NCBI GenBank assembly: GCA_951406725.2
Contig: OX597832.1
Span: 43,586,001 to 43,650,000, forward strand
Source of the DNA: Octopus vulgaris
Taxonomy: Eukaryota
DNA length: 64,000 nucleotides
Direction of reading: 5' to 3'
Under the pieces are notes generated by a model. That model did not search any database and had not been told where the DNA came from. It saw only the letters and a program-made list of their open reading frames with translations. Shown here piece after piece: positions 37,866 to 52,009 of the stretch. Every line of letters starts with the position of its first letter. Position 1 is the first letter of the stretch. The position numbers and the translations under genes are program-made.

Positions 37866-39354
37866 TTTGAATTTAATGTAAATCTGAAATATTAAAAACA
37901 AAAAAAAAAAGAAGGAATAATATTTTATAATTAAACAATTTCTTGCCTATTTGTTTTAAAATAAATAGAAAAGAAAAGCTACTGTGATGGTTAAGATTAA
38001 AAGGTACAAAACAACCAGTTATATTTATATGACAGGATATTTTTGTCTGATGAAATGAAATCACTATCTAATGTGCAATAGTATTTATGTCATCCATTTT
38101 TTTTGCTCAAACATCTGGATGTTATTTGGTTGGCTTGATGAACATATTTCATCACCTTCATCCCTGTTCTTCAAATGGTCTTTCTGATTTATACCAGGTA
38201 CACCTAAAAAGTTTAGGAGTGAGTAAAATAATTTCTCAGCTGAAAAAACATTTTAAATGTTGCTGAGGTCTCCACCTTGGTGGACTATGTAATTTTTCCA
38301 TTCTTTGCTGTTACAATCTGTGCCAGTTTTAGACACTATTCTATATTTAAATTTGGTTTTGATATCATATCAATATCTGGGTAGATGGGAAGAAAAGAAG
38401 AAAAAATATAAGCAAAGAGTGATATCGTTTTACTCTTTTTATATAAAATAGAATTTGATCAAAGGTTACAAAATCTAATTTATCAGAGGTTACATAATCT
38501 AATCAATCAACGGTTAGACAGTCTAATCTAAGATAGAGAATCCAACAACAATTTTGCTCTATATATTAATTTAAACTGTTTAATCTTTGGTTAATAAAAA
38601 AATAAGAGGTAGCCAGCTTTATTGGTAACTTAGTGTTGTATAATGAAACTCTATACTTCTCCTGGTAAAAAGTAGTAGGAAAGAGCCATTATAAATAGAC
38701 CCCAAGTTGTCAAGAGAGAGTCGAGAGTCAAAGAATTGAGAGTTGACAGTTCTAGTTGGTGTCTTATGGAGCTATCAGCAATCGCCTCCTTATAAATGGG
38801 CAACTACCACCTGAATCATCTCTTGTGAAAGGTAGAAGAGTCCAGTTTGCTGGACATTGTTGTAGAGCTGAAATCGAGGTAATTTCTACTCTTCTCTTCT
38901 GGCTGGATGGTTTGACTGAAGACTGGTGAGCCAGAGGCTGCACCAGGCTCCAGTCTGATCTGGCAAAGTTTCTACAGCTAGATGTCCTTCCTAACGCCAA
39001 CCACTCCGAGAGTGTAGTGAGTGCTTTTACGTGCCACCGGCACGGGGGCTAGTCAAGCGGTTCTCACAACGACCATGTTCAACTGTTGTTTTTCATGTGC
39101 CACCAGCAAATGTGCCAGTAAAGCAACGATCACGCTTGAATGGTGCTTTTCACGTGTCACCGGCACAGGAGCCAATCCGTGACCCTGGCAATGATCACTC
39201 TCCGATGTGCTTTTAACGTTCCACTGGCACGAGGGCCAATCAGGCGGTACTGTCATCGGCCACGTCAGCAATTTTGATTTTGATTTCACTTGCCTCTATA
39301 GGTCTTCACAAGCAAGGTTTATTGTCCAATGAATGAGGAGTATTCATAAATGGG

Positions 39355-39398
<44 letters not shown>

Positions 39399-39601
39399 GC
39401 ACACGCACACATATGTATGCACACGCACACACATGTACACGCACACACACACACACATATAATATGGGCTACACACACATACACACACACGCACGCACAC
39501 ACACACACACATATGTACACGCACACACACACACACCCATATAATATGGGCTACACACACACACACGCACACACACACGCACGCACGCACACGCACACAC
39601 A

Positions 39602-39633
<32 letters not shown>

Positions 39634-39881
39634 CACACATAATAGGAAAAAAAACACTTTCATTTTTCAAAATGTTAATCCCATCCCCAAGATTTTATAG
39701 CATTCCTACACAATTGTGCGCCCCGCTGATATTGTCTCTTCCTAACTTCTAGAAAAATGGATATTTTTCAGTCAAATTTTTCTTTACAAATATGCTTCAG
39801 ATGGTGCAAGGGATCCTCCCGATCATAAACGGAATTCTGCTTGCACACGTTTCCGTGACTTTTGAATTCGTCCGCTTCGTT

Positions 39882-39891
39882 TGCGCATGCG
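39882..39891. promoter_or_regulatory. NRF1-like motif TGCGCATGCG upstream of gene B
   Basis: Lies in the block AATTCGTCCGCTTCGTTTGCGCATGCGTA, identical upstream of gene C at 58040-58068. CpG-rich relative to the flanks. Confidence 0.45.
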
Positions 39892-39993
39892 TATATGTAT
39901 GCTACGCAAGGAGCAGACGACATTTCGAGCCAAGGACGAAGTGAGTGGCGTGAATGAGGTCGCTTGGACTGCTAGAGACAACAACAGCCAAAC

Positions 39994-40072
<79 letters not shown>

Positions 40073-40103
40073 AAGAAAGAAAGAGAGAGGGAGAGGGAGA
40101 GAG

Positions 40104-40143
<40 letters not shown>

Positions 40144-40167
40144 GGAGAGGGAGAAAGAAAGAGAGAG

Positions 40168-40199
<32 letters not shown>

Positions 40200-40237
40200 G
40201 GAGGGAGAGAGAGAAAGAAAGAAAGAAAGAAAAAGAT

Positions 40238-40272
<35 letters not shown>

Positions 40273-40287
40273 AAGAGATTGAGAGAG

Positions 40288-40358
<71 letters not shown>

Positions 40359-40853
40359 AAATACAAGCTTCTTCGTTTTCAAGCCCTCATGAAATGTATT
40401 TTAACTTATCGAAAGTAGGCGGAATAATGAAAGTACGTTTGAGGAAAACTAGTGGGTCGTATAGTGGGACGTTGTCACGAGTAACCAAGCAAGGTGACGA
40501 GTTGGCGCAATTGTTAGAGTGTTGCTATAAATACTTCGCAGTATTTCTTCAAACTCTTTACATTCTGAGTTCAAATCCCGCCGAGGTTAACTTTGCCGTC
40601 GATCTGTCCGTGGTCGATAAAAATAGGATACTTGTCAAGCACTGAGATTGACGCAGTCGATTAAAATTGTTGGCCCTGTACCTAAATTAGAAATAGTTAT
40701 ATTCTGCCATCGCCCAAATATTTTTTTAAATTTACATTTCTAATGAAGATGAGGAAAATATTGAAGTTGGAACTGCAACAAATCCTCCCAGTTTCCCTTT
40801 ACAATCTCACCCTCCACCCTATCTTATGAACAACAACCACAAAATATTAAATA

Positions 40854-41364
40854 TCTATATATATAAAACTGTAGTTGTGTGAGTGTCTGTCCCCTTCGAT
40901 TTAGATTCCTAACTACTCCCACATTTTGCGGTACAGTTTAACTAAATTCGGGTATCTTATAGTCGTAATTCATATAGAGCCGTCTGAGTATTAGCGCGCG
41001 TCTACGATGAGTCTACGATTTTAAAAATAATTTAACATAATTTTTTATTCCATTTTAATGCATAATTTTTCGTGTGTCGATGGCGGCGGAGTTGGCGTCC
41101 ATGGTCACACCTGCACCCGTTTGCTTCTCCCCTTCTTCCTCCCTCTTGAAGCTGTGGGGAAGGGAGTGTAAGGAAATCAACGTCGTAATGCGTTGTCAAG
41201 GAGACCAGCGTTCTTTTAGAACAACGACTTCAATGGCTTGAAGACACCAAAACAGAAATGGCTAAGAAAGCCCGAATTGGCATCTATAAGGGAAGTAACT
41301 CTCTAAAAATGCTTATATAGTTATTTCCCTTACAAACCCGAGCAACGCCGGGCGATACTGCTAG
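40854..41364 (+). mobile_element. Non-autonomous Helitron
   Basis: A|TC 5' end, subterminal hairpin CCCG-AGCAACGC-CGGG, CTAG|T 3' end. Related minus-strand copies at ~27870-28260, 46151-46545 and 48317-48615. Confidence 0.75.
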
Positions 41365-41384
41365 TATAATATAATATATAATGA

Positions 41385-41780
41385 AATTATTGTATACAGT
41401 GCTCAGGTGCATCACAACTTGTCAAAAGTGCGTATAAAGTATATGCAGTAATGTACAAATGTCTGGAAAGCGAACAATGTATATGAGTCAGATACATGCT
41501 TGTGTGTGTGTATGGAGGGGAGGAAATCAGGTGTAGTGTTGACAAATCTCAGGAAGCATGGAAGTTTTGAAGGATGCAGTGCTCCGACAACTAACAACTG
41601 ATGCCGGCAGTTTGTTCCATGCTTCAGCAACCCTTAGCGTCAAAAAAATGTTTCCTAAAGTCATGGGATCTGTGCTGTTTTCTGACTTTGTAAATATGTC
41701 CATGGATGTTAGACGGGTAGAGTTTGAAAAGGTGCTCAGAGTTATTGCTTGTAAGATGGTTAATAATTTTAAACGATTTA
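41385..41780 (-). mobile_element. CR1/L2-like LINE 3' fragment
   Basis: HLFKL..SNIHGHIYKVRKQH..DFRKHFF/TLRVAEAWNKLPASVV..STASFK (frameshifted). Confidence 0.72.
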
Positions 41781-43171
41781 ACCCAATCACTCGCGATCTT
41801 TAACGACAACGCAAAAAATAACAATGAAAATGAAAATGCTCGAAAGATCACAAAAATATAATTTAATTTACAACCACAAATATCCCCAGGGTAGCATTTC
41901 TCATGGAGGAAGCAGGCCTGTGTAGTTAAAGTTGTGAAGATAGAAAAGGGGACAAACTGCCAGGTTTTATTCAAATGGAGATGGTTTTAAACTTCTTAAA
42001 ACTTGTTCCACATAATGACGAAGAAAAAAAACTTTGTCATCATATTGAAAGCAACAAGGGCAGGCGTTCTTTCCTAATTTTTCTTCGCCCTTTTCTAGCC
42101 TAGCCAGGCTCATGGGCCCGGTTTCTGTGGCATGTGTGTTCCCCCCAGCTGGACGGGACGCCAGTCCATCGCAGCGTTACTCAAGAAACAGGAAGAGAGA
42201 TTGAGAGAAAGTTGTGGCGAAAGAGTACAACACGGGTCGCCACCACCCACTGCCGGAGCCTCATGGAGCTTTTAGGTATTTTCGCTCAATAAACACACAC
42301 ACAACGCCCGGTCTGGGAATCGAAACCGCGACCCTCCGACCGCGAGTCGGCTGCCCTAACCACTGGGCCATTGCGCCTCCACGTTCTTCCCAAATACTGA
42401 GAGTAAAGAACAGGTTTTGAATTTAATAACTGCTGTCCTAAAACAGACAAGTTGGCTAAAAGCACGGCGTATGAAAGTTGAAAAAATTATACCGTGATTA
42501 CTAAACAAGGAAGGGCGAAGACTTGCTACGTTGAAGACAATCTTTCGACATGGAGATTCCTTAGAAGGGCAACGTGAAATGAAGGTCTTGCTCAAGAGCA
42601 CAACACACCGTCGTCCGTTCTGAGAATCAAAAAATCACAATCTCGTGATCGTGAGTGCGACAACACCTTAATTAATCAATAGGCCACACACACACACAAC
42701 CTCGAACATTATCGTTTAACACCTATAACGCATTAAGCTGTATTAATTAGGAAATAGTTATTAAACAATTGGGTGTAACCAATACGGAAGATGGTCTTCC
42801 AGGGTAAATATAAACAAAGGTACTTACTTAATAGTTTTTGGGGGAGAAAATCGAAGTGATACTAGTGTAATAGCTGCAACAGTGGAGTGCACACAAGAAG
42901 CATAAATACTACGCCAAGTGTTTCGTCGAATAAACTTTACTTTCAGTTTCTGTTTACAATCAGCGATATGTGCACATAATCTCTGTACACACACGTTGAA
43001 GCAGCTATTTATGCATTTATGCATACATATACAATTATATATATACATATATATATATATACATACATACATACATATGAGAGGCATTACCACTATGTGG
43101 ACACTCTAATGCTAGAAGTAGATCCGTAATAGTCGTACCACTAAGAAAAAATATATATGTGTGTTTGTATG

Positions 43172-43219
<48 letters not shown>

Positions 43220-43234
43220 TATATATATATTATG

Positions 43235-43285
<51 letters not shown>

Positions 43286-44520
43286 ATGTACATACATACG
43301 TACATACATACACACATGTACATCTGCATACACACACTCACGTACACAAAAATATATGCACATGTATGTACACATGCACACATACATACGTTCATACATA
43401 CGTACATACATACATACACACATACATACATACATACACATACACACATACATACACACATACATACATTCACACATATATACAGTAGCTTGCTTACCAA
43501 CCATATGGTTCTGGGTTCAGTCCCACTGGGCAAATGTCTTCTACTATAGCCTCGGGCCCACCAATGCCTTGTGAGTGGATTTGGTAGATGGAAACTGAAA
43601 GAAGCCCGTCGTATATATGTATATACATATATATATGCGCATGTGTGTTTGTGTGTCTGTGTTTGTCCCCCTAGCATTGCTTGACAACCGATGCTGGTGT
43701 GTTTACGTCCCCGTTACTTAGCGGTTCGGCAAAAGAGAACCGATAGAATAAGTACTGGGCTTACAAAAGAATAAGTCCTGGGGTCAATTTGCTCGATTAA
43801 AGGCGGTGCTCCAGCATGGCCGCAGTCAAATGACTGAAACAAGTAAAAGAGTAAATGAGTACATACATACATACACACACACATACATATATACACGCAC
43901 ACATACATACATACATACATACATACATACATACATTTATACATGCATACACACACATACATACATATACACATACACACACACATACATACATACATAC
44001 ATACACACACGTACATACACACACACATACATACATACATACACACATACATACATACATACATACATACATACATACATACGAACATACATACACACAT
44101 ACATACACACATACATGCATACATACATACATACATGCATACACACACACATACATACATACACACATACACACAAACATACATACATACATACATACAT
44201 ACACACATACATACATACATACATACATACATACATACATACATACAAACACTAAGTATAAAGGAATTTTCATTATCTCCCCCCCCCCCACCTCATTTAA
44301 AATTTCAGGACAGATAGATAATATTGGGAATACTTCACAGTTTCGAATTCTTGCCTGTCATTTGTAATGTGAGAAACAGCAGATTGTTGACACAGAGTGA
44401 ATGACGCAGTAATATCGGCAATGAATACACACAGCCCTATATAAATTTTATCAATTTATCTTGTATATTTTAAAGAGGTGGAGGCATTATCCCACATATA
44501 TATATGTGTGTGTATGTATA

Positions 44521-44591
<71 letters not shown>

Positions 44592-45464
44592 GGTGGCACG
44601 TATATATATATATACATACGGTGGCATGTATATATATATATATACATACGGTGGCACGTAAAAAGCACCATCCGATCGTGGCCGTTTGCCAGCCTCGTCT
44701 GGCCCCCGTGCCGGTGGCACGTAAAAAGCACCATTCGACCGTGGCCGTTTGCCAGCCCCGTCTGGCACCTGTGTCAGTGGCACATAAAAGCACCCACTAC
44801 ACTCTTGGAGTGGTTGGCGTTAGGAAGGGCATCCAGCCGTAGAAACATTGCCAGATCAGACTGGGCCTGGTGCAGCCTATGGGCTTCCCAGACCCCAGTT
44901 GAACCGTCCAACCCATGTTAGCATGGAAAGCAGACGCTAAACGATGATGATGATATATATATATATAGGCACAGGAGTGGCTGTGTGGTAAGTAGCTTGT
45001 TTACCAACCACATGGTTCCGGGTTCAGTCCCACTGCATGGCACCTTGGGCAAGCGTCTTCTGCTATAGCCTCGGGCCGACCAAAGCTTTGTGAGTGGATT
45101 TGATAGACGGAAACTGAAAGAAGCCTGTCGTATATATATGTATATATATATATATATATGTATGTTTGTGTGTCTGTGTTTGTCCTCCTAGCATTGCTTG
45201 ACAACTGATGCTAGTGTGTTTTTGTCCCTGTTACTTAGCGGTTCGGCCAAAGAGCCGATAGAATAAGTACTGGGCTTTCAAAGAATAAGTCCCGGGGTTG
45301 AGTTGCTCGATTAAAGGTGGTGCTCCAGCATGGCTGCAGTCAAATGACTGACACAAGTAAAATAGTAAAGAGTAGTATATATATATATATATTGGCCTGC
45401 TCGCTTACCCAGTGGAGTGGCGTCATTTGAAGGCTAAAACAATGCGAAGCACATTGTGACCAGC

Positions 45465-45516
<52 letters not shown>

Positions 45517-45557
45517 ACCGTGATCACCGTGACTGACCAGGCCATCAGATGTTGCTG

Positions 45558-45611
<54 letters not shown>

Positions 45612-45786
45612 TATACAAACATACACCTGCACACCTGTACAAACAGGTGCAGATTTATAGGGACTCAAAGAGGGCAATTATCCTGGGCACCTTTATTCTT
45701 ATATAAATTATTACTTTAAAGGGTGCAAGAACATATTAAACGTTTTTAGGGATGCGAAGCATAAAAAAGGTTGGGGACCACTGAAC

Positions 45787-45818
<32 letters not shown>

Positions 45819-46150
45819 CAAAATAAGAAAATGGAGAAATACACCTTAAACAACAATCAACTATCAGATAATACCCAATCACATAATTTATTAACCAACT
45901 ACATATGAACATCAAGTTCAAACATAATAGTACAGAACAAAACAGTGCACATCAATGAGTAATATGATACAATAAGTACAATATGTATAAATAAATATAA
46001 ATAAATATAAATATAAATATAAACTGTATCTTACAGCTGTTTCAGCCATGTAGATATGAGTATCTCATTATGCTCATATTAGCCAGGTGTGATAAGTTAG
46101 TATGTGGTTATAAATGAGACACTTACGTAAGTGTCTCATTTATAACCCCA

Positions 46151-46545
46151 CTAGCAGTATCACCCGGCGTTGCTCGGGTTTGTTTCGATCCTTTAGAATT
46201 GGAAATTTTTAAAAGTAAAAATTTTGCATTATGTAGCTTGTCATTCTCTTTAAGGGAACATTTTTCTGGTTGAAATACGCCGAAAAATGGTGACACAGCA
46301 GTCAAAAAATCGTAAAAAATAGGGATTTTCATAGAAAAAAAAGCACCTTTTTGATGTAAATAATTTTTGGTGTTAACATGGTCCGATTTGAATTTTTTCT
46401 TCTACAAAAGGAAGAGCAAGCCTTCTTCTATTATACTCTCAATTTTGGTCAACTAGCGCCGCCGGGTCTCGGAGGAGATAGTGTTAGTTGAAGGCTACCA
46501 AACCTGCCATACACAGACAACTTCAGCTTTATATATATAGAGAGA
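46151..46545 (-). mobile_element. Non-autonomous Helitron (same termini, different interior)
   Basis: A|CTAGCAGTATCACCCGGCGTTGCTCGGG ... TATATAGAGAGA|T. Confidence 0.65.
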
Positions 46546-48316
46546 TTATGATGATGTATACCATATTGCTAACGTTGGAGTCGTAGTATTTGGCTGACTA
46601 GCCTCGCTTGTTTGTTGCTTCCACCTGCTATCACTTATTTCCAGGTGCGATGGCAGAAGATTGACAAGGTAGCGTGTTTTTCTGAGTTAAGTCAGCTATG
46701 TATTTCTTATCTTGCCAACTTCAAATTGTTTACATTGGCACCTTTGTTACTCTGAAGATAATGTCGTACGAAGATATTTTTTTTTTTCAAACTTTGCTAG
46801 ATCTGCAAAGGATTAGAAACTAAGATGTATGTCAAGTCGAGTTATTCAATTGGGCAGATTAGTTCATGAGGGTGTTCTGTTACTAAGCAACTAACAACCG
46901 TTTGTTTTGCATAGTAACGAATTTTTGTTGTAACACCTATTCAACAACAATGGTTGTGTGCATAATGGTTAATGCAGAACAAAATAAATAAATTATTTTG
47001 AATTCAATCCTTCGGCAAAAAAACCCAGTTACTATCCATCCGTCCGTCCGTCCGTCCATCCATCCACCCACCCAACCACCCATCCATCCATCCATCCATC
47101 CATCCATAAATAAATAGAATAAATAAATATATACATATACATACATACATACATACATACATGCATGTATGTATGTATACATACATGGTGGTTGTCTACT
47201 CCTTATGCACCATCTGTACCTACACCTTAGAACCATCATGGCATCTGATGTGTTTTTTTAAACCACACAATATTTTGAAAGGACACCCATATAGATTGCA
47301 TATCCGATTTGGACCACCAAGAACTGCAGTTAAATTCTGATCTTTGTGGATCGTAAAATGTCTTTTGAGGTCTCCGTTAGATTTGCAGACCTGTTAGATT
47401 TGGCATACATTGCATTGAATTTTCCATTTTCATTTATACATACGTACATACATACATACATACATACATCATCATCATCATCATCATCGTTTAGCGTCCA
47501 TTTTCCATGCTAGCATGGGTTGGACGGTTCTACTGGGGTCTGTGAAGCCAGAAGGCTTCATCAGGCCCAGTCAAATCTGGCAGTGTTTCTACGGCTGGAT
47601 GCTCTTCCTAACGCCAACCACTCCGTGAGTGTAGTGGGTGCTTTTTACGTGCCACCCGCACAGGTGCCAGACAGAGCTGGCAAACGGCCATGAATGGATG
47701 GTGCTTTTTATGTGCCACCGGCACGAGGGCCAGGCGAGGCTGGCAACGGACACGAAACGGGGCGGTGCTGGCATATATACATACATAAATACATACATAA
47801 ATACATACATACATACATACATATTACTGTTTATGCAATATGATTGGCCTGAATGTTACAGTGGGTTTCGTGCTGAATATTGCCACTAGACAACAGTGAC
47901 AATTCTTTAAAATGCTGGTCAGAAGCGCATAGCCTCCTCTTTAGCGCTCGAGGCGCATAGACCATAGATTTACTCAGCGGTAGCAAACGGGTGCAATGAA
48001 ATTTTGGAAAAAATAGGGTTTTATTTTTTGTGGGGTTTGAAGAACTAATACAAAATCAAAATCAGGAGGAAGAAGGAAGTGTTATTCTATATGGATTGGT
48101 ATTAGCCAAGGGTGAGGTGAGTAGTTTGTCTACGTATTGTTCGTATTGTTCTTTAGTTCAAAAAGGGACATGATCATGTCGACTAACGAGTTTGCGTTCA
48201 TAATTTCATTTTCCGAGTTCAGGAAAGCATCAAGAACGTGTGAATGTTTTATAATGATCCTATTCTCTGCCAAACAAAGTCTGCAGCACCTACATGTACG
48301 TAAGTTTATATCTATA

Positions 48317-48615
48317 CTAGCAGTATCGCCCGGCGTTGCTCGGATTTGTAAGGGAAATAACTATATAAGCATTTTTAGAGAGTTACTTCCCTTATATAAT
48401 AGCAAAAAAATGCATTTAAAATGGAAAAAAATTATGGTAAATTTTTTTTTAAATCGTAGACTCATCGTAGACGCGCGCTAATACCCAGAAGGGCTTGATA
48501 TAAATCACGACTATAAGATACCCGCTTTTGGTTACACTGCACCGCAAAATGTGGGAGTAGTTAGGAATCTAAATCGTAGGAGACAGACACACAACTTCAC
48601 TTTTATATATAAAGA
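48317..48615 (-). mobile_element. Non-autonomous Helitron copy
   Basis: A|CTAGCAGTATCGCCCGGCGTTGCTCGG ... TATATAAAGA|T. Similar to 27870-28260 and 40854-41364. Confidence 0.7.
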
Positions 48616-48916
48616 TATTAACTTATCACACCTGGCTAATATGAGCATAATGATGGGTTTAGTCAAACAAATCAAGGCTAGTATTTATTTTTCCAAGACT
48701 TGTACTTATTCTACCGGTCTATTTTGCTGAATGTAAACAAACCTCACCTGTTGTCAAGTGGTGACAAGGAGACAGACATAAAGGCAAGCCGATGTGCACA
48801 TGCACACATGTATATACATGCACAACAAGCTTCCGCAGAGTTTCTGCAGATGAATTAATTAAAGAAATAACAATAAATGTATGATAAAATAGATTTATTT
48901 CTTTTTGCCCAACATT

Positions 48917-49102
48917 TTATAAAACCCTAACTTCCTCAGTAGAATTAATTCTAAAACCAACTTGTCCATCAAGAAAATAATGAAACTCCGGTTCCAAGAT
49001 ACAAATATATTTCCCAACTTTCAGTTGGTCCCAGGAAAAATACGGATAAGGATCTGATTCTTGGTGATAGAATATTAGACTACATATGCCACCTTCAATA
49101 TC
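48917..49102 (-). CDS. Gene C: terminal exon, C-terminal domain part 2
   Basis: TTTGCAG acceptor. DIEGGICSLIFYHQESDPYPYFSWDQLKVGKYICILEPEFHYFLDGQVGFRINSTEEVRVL*. AATAAA on the minus strand at 48894-48899. Confidence 0.87.
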   Translation of the reverse strand, partial: DIEGGICSLIFYHQESDPYPYFSWDQLKVGKYICILEPEFHYFLDGQVGFRINSTEEVRVL

Positions 49103-51035
49103 CTGCAAAAAGAAGAAAAGTTTATTATTCATCATCATCATCGTTTAGCGTCCGCTTTCCATGCTAGCATGGGTTGGACGGTTCAACTGGAGTCTAGGAA
49201 GCCTGAAGGCTGCACCAGGCCAGTCAGATCTGGCGGTGTTTCTACAGCTGGATGCCCTTCCTAACGCCAACCACTCCGTGAGTGTAGTGGGTGCTTTTTA
49301 TGTGCCACCGACACAGGTGCCAGACGAGGCTGGTGAGAGGCCACGCTCGGATGGTGTTTTTTACGTGCCACCTGCACGGAGGCCAGGTGAGGCTGGCACA
49401 GCCACGATCAGATGGTGTTTGTTACGTGCCACCAGCACGGTGGCCAGTCGATGCGGTGCTGGCTACGGCCACGTTCGGAAGGTTCTCTTATGTGCCACTG
49501 GCACTGGTACCACAAACTACAAATTCCATTGATGTGGATCGATTTCAATTTTGATTTGATTCTTTGATTTTGATTTTGATTAATGAAAATTGAAGTCGTC
49601 GGCTAACAAAATCTTAAGCTCATCAGACAAAATCAAAAGTACCATTTCTTCTTTCTCTTTATATTCTGAGTTCAAATTACACTAAAGTCAATACTGTTTC
49701 CATCTTTTAGGGGGTAAGTCAAGTACTACAGTCAATGTACTAGTTGACTTACCTTCAAAACTGCTGGCCTTGTGCCGAAATTTGAAATTATTATAAAATG
49801 AAAATATGCGTGTAACTACATTCACACAACATCTTTTTCTCTTCATGTGTAATACCTACAGGCATCAGTGATCATAGACATTATACCAAAATCTGAAGAT
49901 TCATAATCTCTCTTGGTAAGGATACAACAGTGAATTCCTGTTGTTTTGCCAATTAAATCATAGTTCCCTCTGCTCATGTCCTTCTCCCCCAAGCTAACCC
50001 TTGAAGTGTAAGACCTACTTAACCCTTAAACATATGGGGTGATTTACATGACATCATGGTATGTGTACACATGGGTAGTGATGGAGTGGGGAGGCTTATG
50101 AGACGTATGTCCAGGGGTCCACCTCACTTCCAAGTCACAGAACCATCTTCTGCTATTTGACCTATAACTGGAGATCTTGACAGGGAATACTACTGTAAGC
50201 CAGCACAGACTTGGAAGTGGCGGCAACTAAAGGGGCATTTCCATACTCCCCAAAACCCTTGAAATCATGAGCTGGAGCCTCACCACACAATGCAGTTTTA
50301 TTTCTTGCCCTGGACAACATATCATCCAATAATAGTTGTTTGATATCCCTCACATCTGATCCTGTTAATCACAATGTGTGTGGGTGTATGTATATATATA
50401 TATATATATAATATATATAAATTAGAGAAAAACCACTATTATGTAATTCAAACAATGATAGGCATAAACCAAATCATAAAGAAAAAATAAAATATATTAT
50501 ATAACATATAACTAGATCACAAAAAGTATATATATATATATAATGAAAGAACTTGCTGTGGACAAGGCTGCGTGGCACTCAATTGGACACTAAACTCTGC
50601 TTGAAGTGTAAGACCCTTTTAACCCTTAAACATTGGGGGTGGTTTACATGACATCTGGGTATGTCCACACACAGTGTCCAATCAAGTAGCCCAAATGTTG
50701 GTATGAGTACTGGCACTGCAAACACATTTTGGGCCACTGTTTTACTGAATGCGGAGAGCTCTGAGGTCCAAATTTTTTTATTCTATTACATAATTTTACA
50801 AGTGTTTTGTAGATATTCCATAAGAACTTTACTGCTTTATCATTATTATATAAATATGTGTAATAATACATAACAACAGTATTACTATACTGATACTGCA
50901 AAAATATCAACTCATCAAGTTTATGTATAAAATCCATTTGCTGGATGAACTTGCATCTCAAGAATATATCCCCTTTGTCCAAGATATTCTTATCATTTCA
51001 ACTGCATATCATAGTTAAAACCCAAGTAGAATTTA

Positions 51036-51666
51036 TGTATTCCACTGAATTTAGGTATATAATCCTTCAAACAGACGGTTAGTAGCGACACCTGTTGGGT
51101 TCGGCTGCTCTGCATTGATAAAGGGCAAATACCCTGAAACTAGTCTGCAGATGCCTGACCAGCAAGGGGAAGCAGCTGACCTCCCCTGTTCGAAGGTTAT
51201 AATGGACACAGGTCCGTGTGTCACATAGCTAGCTAGAGGTGATGGCCTCTTGGAGCTAATCAACGGCAGCATTCATCCTATATTTCTGGACTGCCATATT
51301 AGCTTGGCGATAACTATTAATATCCAGTACCACTGCCGTAGTCTCCTTTAGAGAGACTTAGAAATTTTAATATTTCTATTTTTGAAAACCAGTGGATGTA
51401 TTCCACTGAATTTAGGTATATAATACTTCAAACAGACGGTTAGTAGCGACACCTGCTGGGTTCGGCTGCTCTGCATTTATAAGTGGCAAATACCCTGAAA
51501 CTAGTCTGCAGATGCCTGACCAGCAAGGGGGAGCAGCTGACCTCCCCTGTTCAAAGGTTATAATGGACACAGGTCCGTGTGTCACATAGCTAGCTAGAAG
51601 TGATGGCCTCTTGGAGCTAATCAACGGCAGCATTCGTCCTATATTTGTGGACTGCCATATTAGCTT
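51036..51666. repeat. Direct duplication of ~270 bp (period 361)
   Basis: TGTATTCCACTGAATTTAGG...GCCATATTAGCTT at ~51036-51306 and ~51397-51666. Twin ORFs in the track. Confidence 0.85.
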
Positions 51667-51830
51667 ATATATAATTATATATATATATGCATAGACACAT
51701 ATGCATACACTTGTGTATCATGCCTACCACTGCAGCTGTTAAATATGTTACCCTCACTCAGTAGGGGCTGTTATTTGCTTGTATATATAACCATACTTAG
51801 AGAAACAATGAAAGGAGAGAATATACTTAC

Positions 51831-52009
51831 TTGGACGAAAAAAGAAGGCCTAAAGATGTGGGATCCTTCTTTTAAAATGTAAGTAACAAGAAGTTTATTT
51901 CTTTCGAAACGATAAACCGGATGTCTTATTAAAACCTCACAAAACCTTGTAGTTTTATAATGGTAGGGAAACCTCCTTTCTGCTTCATGTACTGCTTTCT
52001 GGAAATTAT
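51831..52009 (-). CDS. Gene C: C-terminal domain exon 1 (phase 1-0)
   Basis: TTTTAG acceptor. DNFQKAVHEAERRFPYHYKTTRFCEVLIRHPVYRFERNKLLVTYILKEGSHIFRPSFFVQ. Donor GTAAGT. 179 nt keeps the frame. Confidence 0.83.

Noticed and set aside
38195-38203. Possible 9-nt microexon (TTTTAG|GTGTACCTG|GT), also present in C near 55562-55570
   Set aside because: The donors are weak and the conservation is explained by the recent duplication. It cannot be supported without transcripts.
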